From a virus (lineage: Duplodnaviria > Caudoviricetes): 59,137 bases of DNA. The stretch is taken from IMG/VR virus record IMGVR_UViG_3300030102_005755, positions 1-59,137 of that record; one strand, given 5' to 3'. A program made the translations under genes and the position numbers. Shown here in pieces: positions 15,635-25,026 of this stretch (the first letter of the stretch is position 1; each line of letters starts with the position of its first letter). The notes below the pieces were generated by a model. It was not told the origin of the DNA, searched no databases, and saw nothing but the letters and a program-made list of their open reading frames with translations.

Positions 15635-15815
15635 CCTCCTGTCTGCATACCCTGACAATGCAGAGGTAGTAATCGAGGTGCATGACACCTCACTGAATGA
15701 AGACCTGTACGACTTCTACGTTGATGGGATATCATGGACTCGGTTCAACACCGACAACACATCAGAAGAAATGCACGAACTAAGGCTCAGCGCCATAAAT
15801 CACAATGAATCATGA
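15612..15815 (+). CDS. Hypothetical protein
   Basis: MTKKKLLDLLSAYPDNAEV N-terminus, a common phage motif. Confidence 0.7.
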   Translation: MTKKKLLDLLSAYPDNAEVVIEVHDTSLNEDLYDFYVDGISWTRFNTDNTSEEMHELRLSAINHNES

Positions 15816-16036
15816 CTATCGAATCACATACAGACCTCGACATCCGAGTGGCAGTCAGCGACTGCTTCAATGCCAACAGCCTTGACACCCACGTCAAGAG
15901 TGCATACCAACTGCTCGTCAAGTATCTACGCCAGACCCACGGGTTCACCCACGATCAGATTGACGAGGTAGTGGACCGCCTCGAAGAGCAGGTGGCAGAA
16001 CACATCATTGAAATTCACGAAGAACAGAACGCATGA
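15812..16036 (+). CDS. Hypothetical protein
   Basis: ATGA coupling on both sides. Confidence 0.7.
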   Translation: MTIESHTDLDIRVAVSDCFNANSLDTHVKSAYQLLVKYLRQTHGFTHDQIDEVVDRLEEQVAEHIIEIHEEQNA

Positions 16037-16272
16037 CAGCACAAGACATCAAGAACTACATCGAGGTAGACCTCGGTCAATCCCTGCGACACGACCCCGA
16101 CATGCTACTCGAAGCGACACAAGAAACCGCCGCCACCTTCGACCTTGGTGAGTGGAAGGTGTTGAGGTTCATGTTGGCCAACGAACCTGTTATGCACAGC
16201 CACAGCTATGGGTTCCATACCCGCTACGGCAGAGCTATCCGAGAACACTTCTCATTTATCTACAACGGATGA
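16033..16272 (+). CDS. Hypothetical protein
   Basis: ATGA coupling on both sides. Confidence 0.7.
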   Translation: MTAQDIKNYIEVDLGQSLRHDPDMLLEATQETAATFDLGEWKVLRFMLANEPVMHSHSYGFHTRYGRAIREHFSFIYNG

Positions 16273-16460
16273 AATTCAAGAAATACACAAAGAACCTAGT
16301 GCATGACGGCAAGACGGTGTACAGCTACGGCACACCAGTGGCACGAGTGGAGGGTGACATCCTCCGTCAGCTCGGCTATTGGTCCGTGACCACACAGAAG
16401 CACATCAACTATGCCGCCGACCAACTCGGTCTCAAACTTCACAAACCAGTCAACCCATGA
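16269..16460 (+). CDS. Conserved small phage protein
   Basis: VYSYGTPVA...WSVTTQKHIN motif; start reassigned to ATG 16269. Confidence 0.75.
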   Translation: MKFKKYTKNLVHDGKTVYSYGTPVARVEGDILRQLGYWSVTTQKHINYAADQLGLKLHKPVNP

Positions 16461-17260
16461 CATCAGTACAAGAAAACAAGAACGAACTCGAAGCCGCCGT
16501 GCGGTACTGCGAGTCAGCCATCAGCCGTGCCAAGGCAACCATCGAGTCGATGGAGTTCCGTCAGCAGGCGGCAAGCAAGGCATGGCATGAGCAGACAGGA
16601 CGTGAGAAAAAACTAGATGACGAGAACATCCACTTGCAAAAGGTCATAATTGACCTTGAGACATTTGTGGAGGAGTTGCGAGACGACAAGGTCAGGCTGA
16701 ACAGAGAGGTGGAAGGCCTCAAGGTTGAGAACACGAAGCTCAATGACCGCCTGATGATTTCAATGAAAGAGGTTGGGCAACTTCAGAGTGAAGTCGATGA
16801 GTTTGAGACAGCGCACAACAACATGAAGGTCTACGCCGACAAGCTACTCGACGACAACATCGAGCGCGAGGACAAGTGGGACGAAGCGCAGTCAGAGATT
16901 GCCACGCTCAAGGATGAGATTGCAGAGTTGTCCAAGGCATACAAGGACTCCACCCGCGAGGAGATTACCATGAAGAAAGCATGGCGTGAGCAACGGGAAC
17001 TCGTAGCCCTGCGTGACGACCAGATTGCTATGCTTGAGCGACGCCTCGCCAAGCACACAGGTGAGAAGACCTACCCCTTCAAAGAGGGAGACCTTTACTA
17101 CGTCCTCAATCAGCTCGACGGCACATGGATTGAGTCGGTCTGGGATGACGAGTCAGAGCGCCTGCACGACAGCACCGACTTCCCCGATCACCCACACAAG
17201 GTGTACTTCACGGTCGATCAGAAGAACGTGCTCGAAAAATTCAAACCCGAAGATGACTGA
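16457..17260 (+). CDS. Long coiled-coil protein with C-terminal YPFKEGD domain
   Basis: Heptad-rich stretch of about 200 aa; start MTSVQENK. Confidence 0.75.
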   Translation: MTSVQENKNELEAAVRYCESAISRAKATIESMEFRQQAASKAWHEQTGREKKLDDENIHLQKVIIDLETFVEELRDDKVRLNREVEGLKVENTKLNDRLMISMKEVGQLQSEVDEFETAHNNMKVYADKLLDDNIEREDKWDEAQSEIATLKDEIAELSKAYKDSTREEITMKKAWREQRELVALRDDQIAMLERRLAKHTGEKTYPFKEGDLYYVLNQLDGTWIESVWDDESERLHDSTDFPDHPHKVYFTVDQKNVLEKFKPEDD

Positions 17261-17441
17261 CGAATACTTGGACCGCAAGTGGGCAGAGATAGAAGCTCGC
17301 ATGAAACGATTCGAAGAGACCGCTTCCTCTCACGACAAGATGATGCTTGACTGCATGGTCCGTGACTGGGAAGCCAAGATGAAACTAAAACTACAGCAAC
17401 ATGAAACGATACAGAGTTCGCTTCCACCTCGCTCGTGGTGA
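17253..17441 (+). CDS. Hypothetical protein
   Basis: MTDEYLDRKWAEIEAR... Confidence 0.55.
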   Translation: MTDEYLDRKWAEIEARMKRFEETASSHDKMMLDCMVRDWEAKMKLKLQQHETIQSSLPPRSW

Positions 17442-17781
17442 CAACTACATGAAGTGGCAAGTGTTTGATAAACAGAACAATACGAAGGATTACTTCGACC
17501 CTGAGTCTAAGTCACTGTTCATGAAGAACTGTGAACTAGGCAATCACCCCACCACCGCAAAAAAAATATACAACGGGGACAACAAGACGGTGTGTGCATG
17601 GATATCTTGCGACGACTATCAGGTCTGGGAGAACGAGAGATTCACACTAAATGCAAGCGCTATGACCCACTACAAGTACAATCCCAAAAAGAATCCACAT
17701 TGGTTTACCGAAACTCACGACAACAGAGACGGCCTGAAGCTCGACACTATGATCACAAAAAACAGAGCAGTATATGGATAA
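17401..17781 (+). CDS. Conserved Bacteroidota-phage hypothetical protein
   Basis: YRVRFHLARG.NYMKWQV...NKTVCAWISC...YNPKKNPHW. Confidence 0.8.
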   Translation: MKRYRVRFHLARGDNYMKWQVFDKQNNTKDYFDPESKSLFMKNCELGNHPTTAKKIYNGDNKTVCAWISCDDYQVWENERFTLNASAMTHYKYNPKKNPHWFTETHDNRDGLKLDTMITKNRAVYG

Positions 17782-17938
17782 GTATATGCGATTCCTCAGC
17801 ATCATCAGCAAGGCTGAAAACAAAAGCAAGCGTCATCGACGCCGACTTATGGAGCGAGAACTAAAGAAATTGTATGGAGAACCAGAGCAAACTACAGAAG
17901 CAGAAGGAGATAATGCGCAACCTGGAGGCGTGGCTTGA
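17774..17938 (+). CDS. Possible 54-aa basic protein
   Basis: MDKYMRFLSIISKAENKSKRHRRRLMERELKKL...; bridges the gap between neighbours. Confidence 0.4.
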   Translation: MDKYMRFLSIISKAENKSKRHRRRLMERELKKLYGEPEQTTEAEGDNAQPGGVA

Positions 17939-18278
17939 GGATGGAAGCAATCCACACCAGACAGCACTCGGCTTCATCAAGGCAGACATCAAAGAACGAG
18001 GCTTCGAGGGGTGGCTAAACATGGACGCAGAGATGGTGACCTTTTCTTTTTACGACACCACAGAAGAGATGTCGAATGAGATGATGAACGACCTGGCTAC
18101 CATGCTAAAGCAAGAGGACATGCTAGATGACCTGGGCGTTGAGCAGACCATGCGTATTGATCAGCATGAGCTGCTAGTCGGATTCAGGAAGGGCATGTTA
18201 GACATATTCAAATCACTAGTAATTTATTTCGATGCAAAACAACAAGCAGAACACCAGTACGAAGATTGTAGGGGTTGA
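17874..18278 (+). CDS. Hypothetical protein
   Basis: 134-aa ORF; start uncertain. Confidence 0.7.
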   Translation: MENQSKLQKQKEIMRNLEAWLEDGSNPHQTALGFIKADIKERGFEGWLNMDAEMVTFSFYDTTEEMSNEMMNDLATMLKQEDMLDDLGVEQTMRIDQHELLVGFRKGMLDIFKSLVIYFDAKQQAEHQYEDCRG

Positions 18279-18738
18279 AATCCCACAGATTCTAGACAAC
18301 ATCCGAGTTGCCTATGAGTACGAGATGGGTGAGTACATCACCCCAGAGAGCAGGAAGCGCCACAAGGTAGAACTTCGTGCCGCCCTAGTCAATGCCGCCA
18401 GACCCTATGCTACATGCAGACAGCTGGCTACCATGGTAAGTAAGAGCGACCACTCAAGCAGCATCCACAGCGCCAAGCTTCATGAGGTCTACTACAACAG
18501 CTCCCCTCAGTACCGATTCAATTACGGGAAAGCCTTGGAGGTTGTAGAAAAGTTTGCTCGTCGTCATCAGCTGTTACCCAGAAGCAATGGGCAATACGGA
18601 GGTGCCGTAACGATAGAGTCAGAGATCGACACGATCAATCTCACGATACTTTCGTTGCAGAAAAGACGAGATGCTTTGTTTGAAAAGTTGCCAGAAAGGC
18701 GCCGAAAGGCTATCTTAGCAAACGAGTTGCCGCACTAA
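18232..18738 (+). CDS. DnaA C-terminal-like helix-turn-helix protein
   Basis: SRKRHKVELR...QLATMVSKSDHSSSIHS resembles the DnaA domain IV RDHTTV helix. Confidence 0.6.
   Translation: MQNNKQNTSTKIVGVEIPQILDNIRVAYEYEMGEYITPESRKRHKVELRAALVNAARPYATCRQLATMVSKSDHSSSIHSAKLHEVYYNSSPQYRFNYGKALEVVEKFARRHQLLPRSNGQYGGAVTIESEIDTINLTILSLQKRRDALFEKLPERRRKAILANELPH
18688..18718 (+). promoter_or_regulatory. Putative middle promoter TTGCCA-N17-TATCTTAG
   Basis: Near-consensus Bacteroidota promoter ahead of the recombination/replication genes. Confidence 0.4.
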
Positions 18739-18745
18739 ACGCACA

Positions 18746-18934
18746 ATGAACCCACTAAGGAAGCTCACACATGAACTCAGAGTCATCTGGAACGAAGACA
18801 TCCTGTACAGGATTGAGAACTGGTACTTCTGGAAGTTCACATACCCCAAACATTACAAAGGCAAGAAGTGTCTCAGGTGCGGTCGCTCATTCAGTGGGTG
18901 CGATTGCATCGACGGACAAGCAATGCACAGTTAA
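18746..18934 (+). CDS. Small Cys-rich hypothetical protein
   Basis: CLRCG...CDC. Confidence 0.55.
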   Translation: MNPLRKLTHELRVIWNEDILYRIENWYFWKFTYPKHYKGKKCLRCGRSFSGCDCIDGQAMHS

Positions 18935-18952
18935 TTCAAATCAATTTAATTC

Positions 18953-19507
18953 ATGTCTAATTACAAGTTCAAGACCACGAACATCCGTGGCAAGCAGTAC
19001 GTTGAAGTCAACGAACGCATCAAGTTTCTCCGACAGGAGGATCATTACAAGGACTGGACTATTGCAACTGAGTTCCCCGTTCTTGACGGTGAAGTTGCAG
19101 TGTGCAAGGCCACAGTTGCAGACACCGATGGTCGAGTCATCGCCACTGGTCATGCACACGAGGAACGTTCAGGTAGCAACATCAACAAGACAAGCTTCGT
19201 GGAGAACTGCGAAACGTCAGCCGTTGGTCGCGCCCTTGCAATGCTTGGAATCGGAATCGACACTTCTATTGCGTCGTCTAATGAAGTCCAAGAAGCAATC
19301 GCAAAGCAACAGGCAATGGTGGACGACCCCAAAGTCCAGAAGCTCAGCAAAGCTCTTGATGCTCCAGTGGAGAACATCATGGACAAAGCGGTCGGGTACA
19401 TCAAGTCCCAGACTGACAAGCGCAAAGCCTTTGACTCCATCACCAAGAAGTACGGTGAACAGCTGACAGAGAAGCAACTAGCAGGACTCAAGAAGTTCGT
19501 GCGATGA
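18953..19507 (+). CDS. Sak/Rad52-like single-strand annealing protein
   Basis: GKQYVEVNER...ATGHAHE...INKTSFVENCETSAVGRAL..LGIG...IAS..EV. Confidence 0.75.
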   Translation: MSNYKFKTTNIRGKQYVEVNERIKFLRQEDHYKDWTIATEFPVLDGEVAVCKATVADTDGRVIATGHAHEERSGSNINKTSFVENCETSAVGRALAMLGIGIDTSIASSNEVQEAIAKQQAMVDDPKVQKLSKALDAPVENIMDKAVGYIKSQTDKRKAFDSITKKYGEQLTEKQLAGLKKFVR

Positions 19508-19788
19508 AGCTAAGCGTCAACACCACTGGTGTTTTGATGCCGCTCGAAGGCAGAGGCAAAGAGAACAAGTTGATTCCTTGGTCTATGATCAAGAAGGAAT
19601 CTGTTGTCCCTGCTGTCAAGCGCTGCACAAACGACAAGCACGGCCTAGAAATTTACATGGTCCGCAAGATTGTCAATGGTGAGGAGCACAACTCGATTCA
19701 CCTCTCGGAGAGAGAGGCGTTGAAGGCTGTAGACCTTCACCTTATCAACAACGGGAAAGAACCCAAGTATATACTGAAGCGCAAATGA
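19504..19788 (+). CDS. Hypothetical protein (possible DNA-binding)
   Basis: SEREALKAVDLHLINNGKEP C-terminus; ATGA coupling. Confidence 0.65.
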   Translation: MKLSVNTTGVLMPLEGRGKENKLIPWSMIKKESVVPAVKRCTNDKHGLEIYMVRKIVNGEEHNSIHLSEREALKAVDLHLINNGKEPKYILKRK

Positions 19789-20555
19789 GCATGAGACAAC
19801 AGCTGCAAGAGAGCGTGGGCAAACCCCACCTCTCCTACTCCTCCCTTAAGTATGCACTCGGAGACATGCGTCTCTGGGAGATGTACATGAGGGGACAGCT
19901 CAAGAAGGAATCGGAAGCCTTGCGCTTCGGATCTCTGTATGACTTGCTCTTATTCGAACCAGAAAAATTTCAAGATGTCTACTACACTCTCGATGATACT
20001 AGCATCGTCGCTTCTATTGGCGGCGCTAATCCTAGGTCTACAAAACGATACAAGGAATGGAAAGCAGAAGCAGCGCAAGTTGCGGAGAACGCGGACAAAA
20101 TCCTGGCAAGCGAAGAGGATGTCAAGAAAGCGCATCAGATGATCCAACGCTTGGATGACTGCGGCCTGTACGACAAACGTTTTAAGGGCGGCAAGTTCCA
20201 AGTAGAGTTCAACGTTGACCTTGATGGTGTACCCCTCAAGGGATTCCTCGACTGCCTTCAGGATGGATTCATTGTGGACTCCAAGTCATCACGCTCGATC
20301 GACAAGTTCAGATACGACGTGAACAGCTGGAGCTACGACATCCAGGCGTACATCTACACCAAGGTCTTCAACATCAAAGACTTCTACTGGGTGGTACAAG
20401 AGAAGGCTTACCCCTTCTATCCAGCCGACGTGAAGTGTACAGATGAGACGTTGTTCCGAGGAGAGATGAAGTTCCACCAAGCCATTGAAAACATCCAAGC
20501 CTATCTCAATGGAGACAAGCAAACAGACCAACACTACGCTGAATTTGTGGTGTAA
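19785..20555 (+). CDS. RecE/exonuclease VIII-like PD-(D/E)XK nuclease
   Basis: LSYSSLK...FGS...LKGFLD...IVDSKSS...YDIQAYIY. Confidence 0.85.
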   Translation: MSMRQQLQESVGKPHLSYSSLKYALGDMRLWEMYMRGQLKKESEALRFGSLYDLLLFEPEKFQDVYYTLDDTSIVASIGGANPRSTKRYKEWKAEAAQVAENADKILASEEDVKKAHQMIQRLDDCGLYDKRFKGGKFQVEFNVDLDGVPLKGFLDCLQDGFIVDSKSSRSIDKFRYDVNSWSYDIQAYIYTKVFNIKDFYWVVQEKAYPFYPADVKCTDETLFRGEMKFHQAIENIQAYLNGDKQTDQHYAEFVV

Positions 20556-20618
20556 GATTTTAATTTATGCGACAGCATTTTACATTTTTGATAACCTTTT
20601 TTACAATTTTATTTTATC

Positions 20619-20918
20619 ATGAGCGATAAGCAATATGACTCAGTACTCGTAGGGTACGCAGAAGATCCTCGCCACAACGACGAGGGAGAATTGATGTCTT
20701 GGGCGGTCCGTTTCAAGGACACCGAACTCAAGGACATGATTGAGAAGTACGCCACACGGCGTAACGCAGAAGGACAGGGCGGCAACGTCTACGTTACCAT
20801 GTTCATGTCCAAGAATGGCAAGGCTTGCTGCCGTGTCTTCGATCCTAACAGCCAGGCTGCCAAGGAACGTCGTGCAGCCAAGGCAGCACAGCAAGAGACA
20901 AGTGACCTCCCGTTCTAA
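20619..20918 (+). CDS. Putative single-stranded DNA-binding protein
   Basis: Beta-rich 99 aa ending SDLPF; lies between the exonuclease and primase. Confidence 0.6.
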   Translation: MSDKQYDSVLVGYAEDPRHNDEGELMSWAVRFKDTELKDMIEKYATRRNAEGQGGNVYVTMFMSKNGKACCRVFDPNSQAAKERRAAKAAQQETSDLPF

Positions 20919-20940
20919 CGGAGGAGCACCTATCTACTAC

Positions 20941-21186
20941 ATGACCGCTCGTGTCGCCTTCAAAAAAAAGAAGGTTGTACACGAGCGTGTTGTGTGGATA
21001 GTATCCGTCTTTGAAGATCCTAACGACATACGCAACTGCGATCGCAAGACCATGGACAGGCTTGAGACAGAGCTGTACAAGGGTAGCAAAGCAGACAAAC
21101 ACATTATTGTTAGAGAGATTCTAGACAAGAAGCTTATCTCTTACTCTAACCTGTCGATAGATGAACACAAAAAACAATGCAAGTAA
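20941..21186 (+). CDS. Hypothetical protein
   Basis: MTARVAFKKKKVVHERVVWIVS... Confidence 0.55.
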   Translation: MTARVAFKKKKVVHERVVWIVSVFEDPNDIRNCDRKTMDRLETELYKGSKADKHIIVREILDKKLISYSNLSIDEHKKQCK

Positions 21187-22973
21187 CCATATTCAAGAAT
21201 GTCTTCGACAAGAAGAGCCCACACCACATCCCACTACAAACAGCACTGAAGCGTATTCAAGAGGGCAAGTCAAGCGCTCTAGTATCCGAGGTCAGAGATG
21301 GTGACAAGACAAAAAAGCAGAAGCTCCCTGTTGTATGTTTCAGCGGGGAGTTTTCGTCTAGGTCTGACGATGCTTTGTTTGAGCACTCTGGTTTTATTGT
21401 GCTCGACTTTGATCACGTTGACGTTGAGGCAACCAAGCGGGCTCTTGCGACGGATGACTTCATCCACTCGTGCTGGACGTCTCCTAGTGGAAATGGAGTC
21501 AAGGCTCTCGTCAAGATTACAAACCCTGAGAGACACCGCGACCACTTCAGGGCGCTCATCAAATACTTCGAGAGAACACACGGGCTTGAGCTAGACGAGT
21601 CAGGCATCAACGAATCTCGTGCATGCTTTGAGTCTTACGACCCAGACATCATCATCAAGGATGAGTCAAAGAAGTTCGGCCACTTCACAACGGAGATGGC
21701 TGAGGCGCAGGTCCCAACCAATGAAGCCTACGACCACACAGACTACATGAAGCTCAACCTTGCCGCCCGCATGATTCGGCAGGCCAAGGATGGGGAGAAG
21801 TGGATCACACTCAACCGAGCAGCTATTCTGTGCGGAGGATATGTAGCTGCTGGTCGCATGGAAGAAGAGGAAGTTATCCGAATCCTTTTTCGTGAGATCT
21901 GCAAGCGCGATGTAGACAACGAGGATCACGCACGACAAACCATCGTGGCTGGTATCGAGAAGGGCAAGCAGATGCCCATCAGAGACATCATCGACGAAGA
22001 GAAGTCAGCCAAAAGGGAGATGCTGCTGAACGATGGCGACATGTCATTCATCTCCTCTGACGATGAGGACTTCAGATGGATTGACGACTACGCCATGAAC
22101 AAGATCCAGATTGGATTGGACACAGGTGACCCCAGGCTTGACGAGTACTTCAGGTACAAGAAAGAGTTTGTCATTGTCAACGGTCACTCCAACGTGGGCA
22201 AGACCACGACAATGCTGTACATGATTACGAACTCAGCGATCCGTCATGGATGGAAGTGGGTGATATACTCTTCGGAGAACCGTACCGCATCCGTCAAGAT
22301 GAACCTCATGCAGTTTGCCATGGACAGAAAGGTGGGGGACATGTCATACGCACAGCGAAAGAGGGCTTACAAGTGGGTGCAAGAACACTTCACCATCATC
22401 AACAACAATCAGATATACACCTACAGTGACATCATCCTGTTCATGGAGAAGGTCATGCGTCAGCAACATGTAGATGCAATCTTTGTTGACCCGTACAACA
22501 GCCTGCGTCTAGACATGAAGAACACCAGCATCGGTGTCCACGACTACCACTACGAGGCCGCGTCAGAGTTCTTGACGTTCAGCAAGTCTAACGACATCGC
22601 AGTGTGGTTGAACATGCACGCCGTAACAGAAGCTCAACGACGCAAAGGTGACGACGGCCTACCTGTTGCCCCCTATGCAGAGGACACAGAGGGTGGTGGC
22701 AAGTTCGTCAACAGAGCCGACTGCTTCATGACAATCCACAGGAAGGTGCAGGCCCCAGACACAGCGATCAAGCGGATGAGCGAGATACATGTGCGCAAGG
22801 TTCGAGAGGTAGAGACGGGTGGTCAGCCCACTCCGCTAGACGATCCGTACTGCCTCACCATGAATATTTCCAACACTGGATTCACCAACATGTTGGGGCA
22901 AAGGTCTATGTTCCAGCCAATTAAACTCAGTGAGGGAGAGCAGATGCCACTCAATCAAGAATTTCTGAGTTGA
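21177..22973 (+). CDS. Primase-helicase (BT4734/VirE-N type primase + DnaB/SF4-like helicase)
   Basis: KQKLPVVCFSGEF, HSGFIVLDFDH, SPSGNGVK, RACFESYDP; Walker A GHSNVGKT, FVDPYN, NRAD...HR. Confidence 0.88.
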   Translation: MQVTIFKNVFDKKSPHHIPLQTALKRIQEGKSSALVSEVRDGDKTKKQKLPVVCFSGEFSSRSDDALFEHSGFIVLDFDHVDVEATKRALATDDFIHSCWTSPSGNGVKALVKITNPERHRDHFRALIKYFERTHGLELDESGINESRACFESYDPDIIIKDESKKFGHFTTEMAEAQVPTNEAYDHTDYMKLNLAARMIRQAKDGEKWITLNRAAILCGGYVAAGRMEEEEVIRILFREICKRDVDNEDHARQTIVAGIEKGKQMPIRDIIDEEKSAKREMLLNDGDMSFISSDDEDFRWIDDYAMNKIQIGLDTGDPRLDEYFRYKKEFVIVNGHSNVGKTTTMLYMITNSAIRHGWKWVIYSSENRTASVKMNLMQFAMDRKVGDMSYAQRKRAYKWVQEHFTIINNNQIYTYSDIILFMEKVMRQQHVDAIFVDPYNSLRLDMKNTSIGVHDYHYEAASEFLTFSKSNDIAVWLNMHAVTEAQRRKGDDGLPVAPYAEDTEGGGKFVNRADCFMTIHRKVQAPDTAIKRMSEIHVRKVREVETGGQPTPLDDPYCLTMNISNTGFTNMLGQRSMFQPIKLSEGEQMPLNQEFLS

Positions 22974-23000
22974 TTTTCCAAAAATCCTTTGGTACCTTCA
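22970..23000 (+). promoter_or_regulatory. Putative promoter TTGATT-N17-TACCTTCA, 4 nt before ATG 23005
   Basis: Near-consensus match and spacing. Confidence 0.4.
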
Positions 23001-23004
23001 GTAA

Positions 23005-23463
23005 ATGAAGAAACGTACAAGGACTCCTAAGAGAAAAACATCCAAAAAAAAATGCTTGGGAAGGTACGCGAGCTCGATTGAAAAGTATTGTGCTGACCAG
23101 TTGAAAGAATACGGGCTGGCTTTTGACTATGAGGAACACACCTTCGAGCTGACCGAAAGGTTTAAGTTCCCCAACAAGTACTTTAAGATGACTGCAAAGG
23201 GTAAGGAGATGGCGGACCGAACAGGGTCCGTCGTTCTCCCTATCACATACAAGCCAGACTTTGTGGGGAGAGACCACAACTGGATCATAGAAACAAAGGG
23301 ATACCTCCCATCTCACCATGACTTTCCAATGCGTTGGAAGCTTTTTCTAAAGCATTTAGTTGGAAAGCAATCAGATACGATTGTATTTTTAGCCAAGAAC
23401 AGCGCTCAAGTTGATGCTGCTGTTCAGCACATCTTACAATCAATAGAGAATGGAGATATCTAA
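23005..23463 (+). CDS. T7 endonuclease I-like Holliday junction resolvase
   Basis: YASSIE...FDYE...YKPDF...IIETKG. Confidence 0.8.
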   Translation: MKKRTRTPKRKTSKKKCLGRYASSIEKYCADQLKEYGLAFDYEEHTFELTERFKFPNKYFKMTAKGKEMADRTGSVVLPITYKPDFVGRDHNWIIETKGYLPSHHDFPMRWKLFLKHLVGKQSDTIVFLAKNSAQVDAAVQHILQSIENGDI

Positions 23464-23665
23464 GCTGAGCTGGTACTACCATCAAGCTTGCGAGGAAATT
23501 CATCAGATCGTGGACGATCTGTATGAGGCCTTACACGAAGAGACTGGGGTGCCTAAAGAAGAATTGTTTCTTGTAGAGGAGGCAATGGAAGGCGTCAAGA
23601 TGGCCATCTATCAAGAGTTAGATCTCATAAAAGCCTCTGTTCATGAGCACGAATCTGAGCAGTAA
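23450..23665 (+). CDS. Hypothetical protein
   Basis: 71-aa helical ORF, coupled to neighbours. Confidence 0.65.
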   Translation: MEISKLSWYYHQACEEIHQIVDDLYEALHEETGVPKEELFLVEEAMEGVKMAIYQELDLIKASVHEHESEQ

Positions 23666-24152
23666 TAGGCGAGCTTATAGCTCAGCCACTGGCAGGGTAG
23701 CCGAGGTTAGGTTTGTGAGGGCAGCTAGAAACAAAGGCCTTCTCGTGACCAAGTCCAAGCACACTGAAGACATTCACGAACACATCGACTACTGGTTAGC
23801 TATGTCTGGAGAAGGTCAGAGATGGGGCGTGGATGTAAAGGGAAACAACCTGCCAGATGAGATCTGGGTGGAGTTCAAGAATGTAAACGGGAAGAAGGGG
23901 TGGCTGTATGGTGGCGCAAACATCATCGCATTTGACATGCCAGAAGAAGGCGGGTTCTCGATCGTTGATCGACAGGAGCTCGCCTTTTTTTGTGAAAAAC
24001 ATGTACGCAATGAGTTCGTCGATCACAAGAGAGATGCCTACCTAAAAAAGTACACACGAAAAGATAGAGAGGATGTCATCTCTATACTTAAGTTGCACGA
24101 TATCAAGAACTTAATGTCTTACAGAGTCTGGGAATACGACCAGAGATATTGA
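23643..24152 (+). CDS. PD-(D/E)XK-like nuclease-fold protein
   Basis: AE..F...DIHEHIDY...VDVKG...IWVEFKNVNG..GWLYG. Confidence 0.65.
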   Translation: MSTNLSSNRRAYSSATGRVAEVRFVRAARNKGLLVTKSKHTEDIHEHIDYWLAMSGEGQRWGVDVKGNNLPDEIWVEFKNVNGKKGWLYGGANIIAFDMPEEGGFSIVDRQELAFFCEKHVRNEFVDHKRDAYLKKYTRKDREDVISILKLHDIKNLMSYRVWEYDQRY

Positions 24153-24168
24153 GTATCTTTATCGGTCC

Positions 24169-24375
24169 ATGAAAACAAATAGGCACAAGAAGATCAAGAT
24201 GAAAATCGACAAGCTCCTCCAGCAGAACGCCAGCTATCAGGCGCAGCACACATGCGTAAACAATACTCCTGAGGAGAAGAAGAGAATCAATGATTATTGT
24301 GACGAGAACTTCATTGAGCCTATCAGACAGATTGACTGTCGCACTTACGACCTGCTGAAGAAACAGAGCGATTAA
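24169..24375 (+). CDS. Hypothetical protein, last of the plus block
   Basis: 68 aa; converges on 24372..24737. Confidence 0.65.
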   Translation: MKTNRHKKIKMKIDKLLQQNASYQAQHTCVNNTPEEKKRINDYCDENFIEPIRQIDCRTYDLLKKQSD

Positions 24376-24737
24376 AAATCGCTCATCAAGACTTCATCAA
24401 TCGCTTCTTGAACATCATCTTGGCTGGCTTCCAGGGTCATCATGATGTTGGCTTGAAACCTTTTTACTTCCTCCCCCTCGTTGAATACTACAACGGTGGG
24501 GACAACAACAATCTTGTGCTCGGTTTGCATCGATGGATTGGAGGCGATGTCCACACGAGATGTCTCGCAGTCGTTCAGGCTTTCGATCCAGGGCACGCTG
24601 TTGCCTGAGTTAAACGAAGCGTTGAACTCGACGACGCATACCCCTGATCCGCATATTCCTTTATCCTCCGCAACGCCCACAGAAGTGGCCGCCAAGAAGA
24701 ATGCAGAGAGCGCAAACAGGGTTAGTGTTGCTTTCAT
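24372..24737 (-). CDS. Secreted thioredoxin-fold protein lacking CxxC
   Basis: Signal peptide; VVEFNASFN, RVDI, IVVVPTVVVFNEGEEVKRF. Confidence 0.75.
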   Translation of the reverse strand: MKATLTLFALSAFFLAATSVGVAEDKGICGSGVCVVEFNASFNSGNSVPWIESLNDCETSRVDIASNPSMQTEHKIVVVPTVVVFNEGEEVKRFQANIMMTLEASQDDVQEAIDEVLMSDF

Positions 24738-24740
24738 TGA

Positions 24741-25025
24741 TCATCTTAGTTGGTCTATCTTTTCTTCAATTCGTTTGATATCCTCCTTCATCTCGGTGAT
24801 ATCCTCTTGTGTGCTCATGATTGTCTGACGAACCAGCTGGTCCTTCATATCAAACTCCATGCGCGTAATGTCTGGGTCGGGTGGTATGGGCAACTCCTTT
24901 GCCTCTGCTATGTCTGCTTGCAGGGCGAACCACATGGCTACGATTGTGCCAATCCCCGCCGCTAACATACCTATTGTCTTTAGGTCTAGCGTAATCTTAG
25001 TATCCTCCCCAATCTGCTGAGCCAT
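24741..25025 (-). CDS. Single-pass membrane protein with C-terminal coiled coil
   Basis: TIGMLAAGIGTIVAMWFAL, then heptad repeats. Confidence 0.75.
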   Translation of the reverse strand: MAQQIGEDTKITLDLKTIGMLAAGIGTIVAMWFALQADIAEAKELPIPPDPDITRMEFDMKDQLVRQTIMSTQEDITEMKEDIKRIEEKIDQLR

Positions 25026-25026
25026 A

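Noticed and set aside
16432-16442. Sixth leader-like motif TCAAACTTCAC, 25 nt before ATG 16457
   Set aside because: Lies inside coding sequence, has different spacing and no upstream structure; may be chance.
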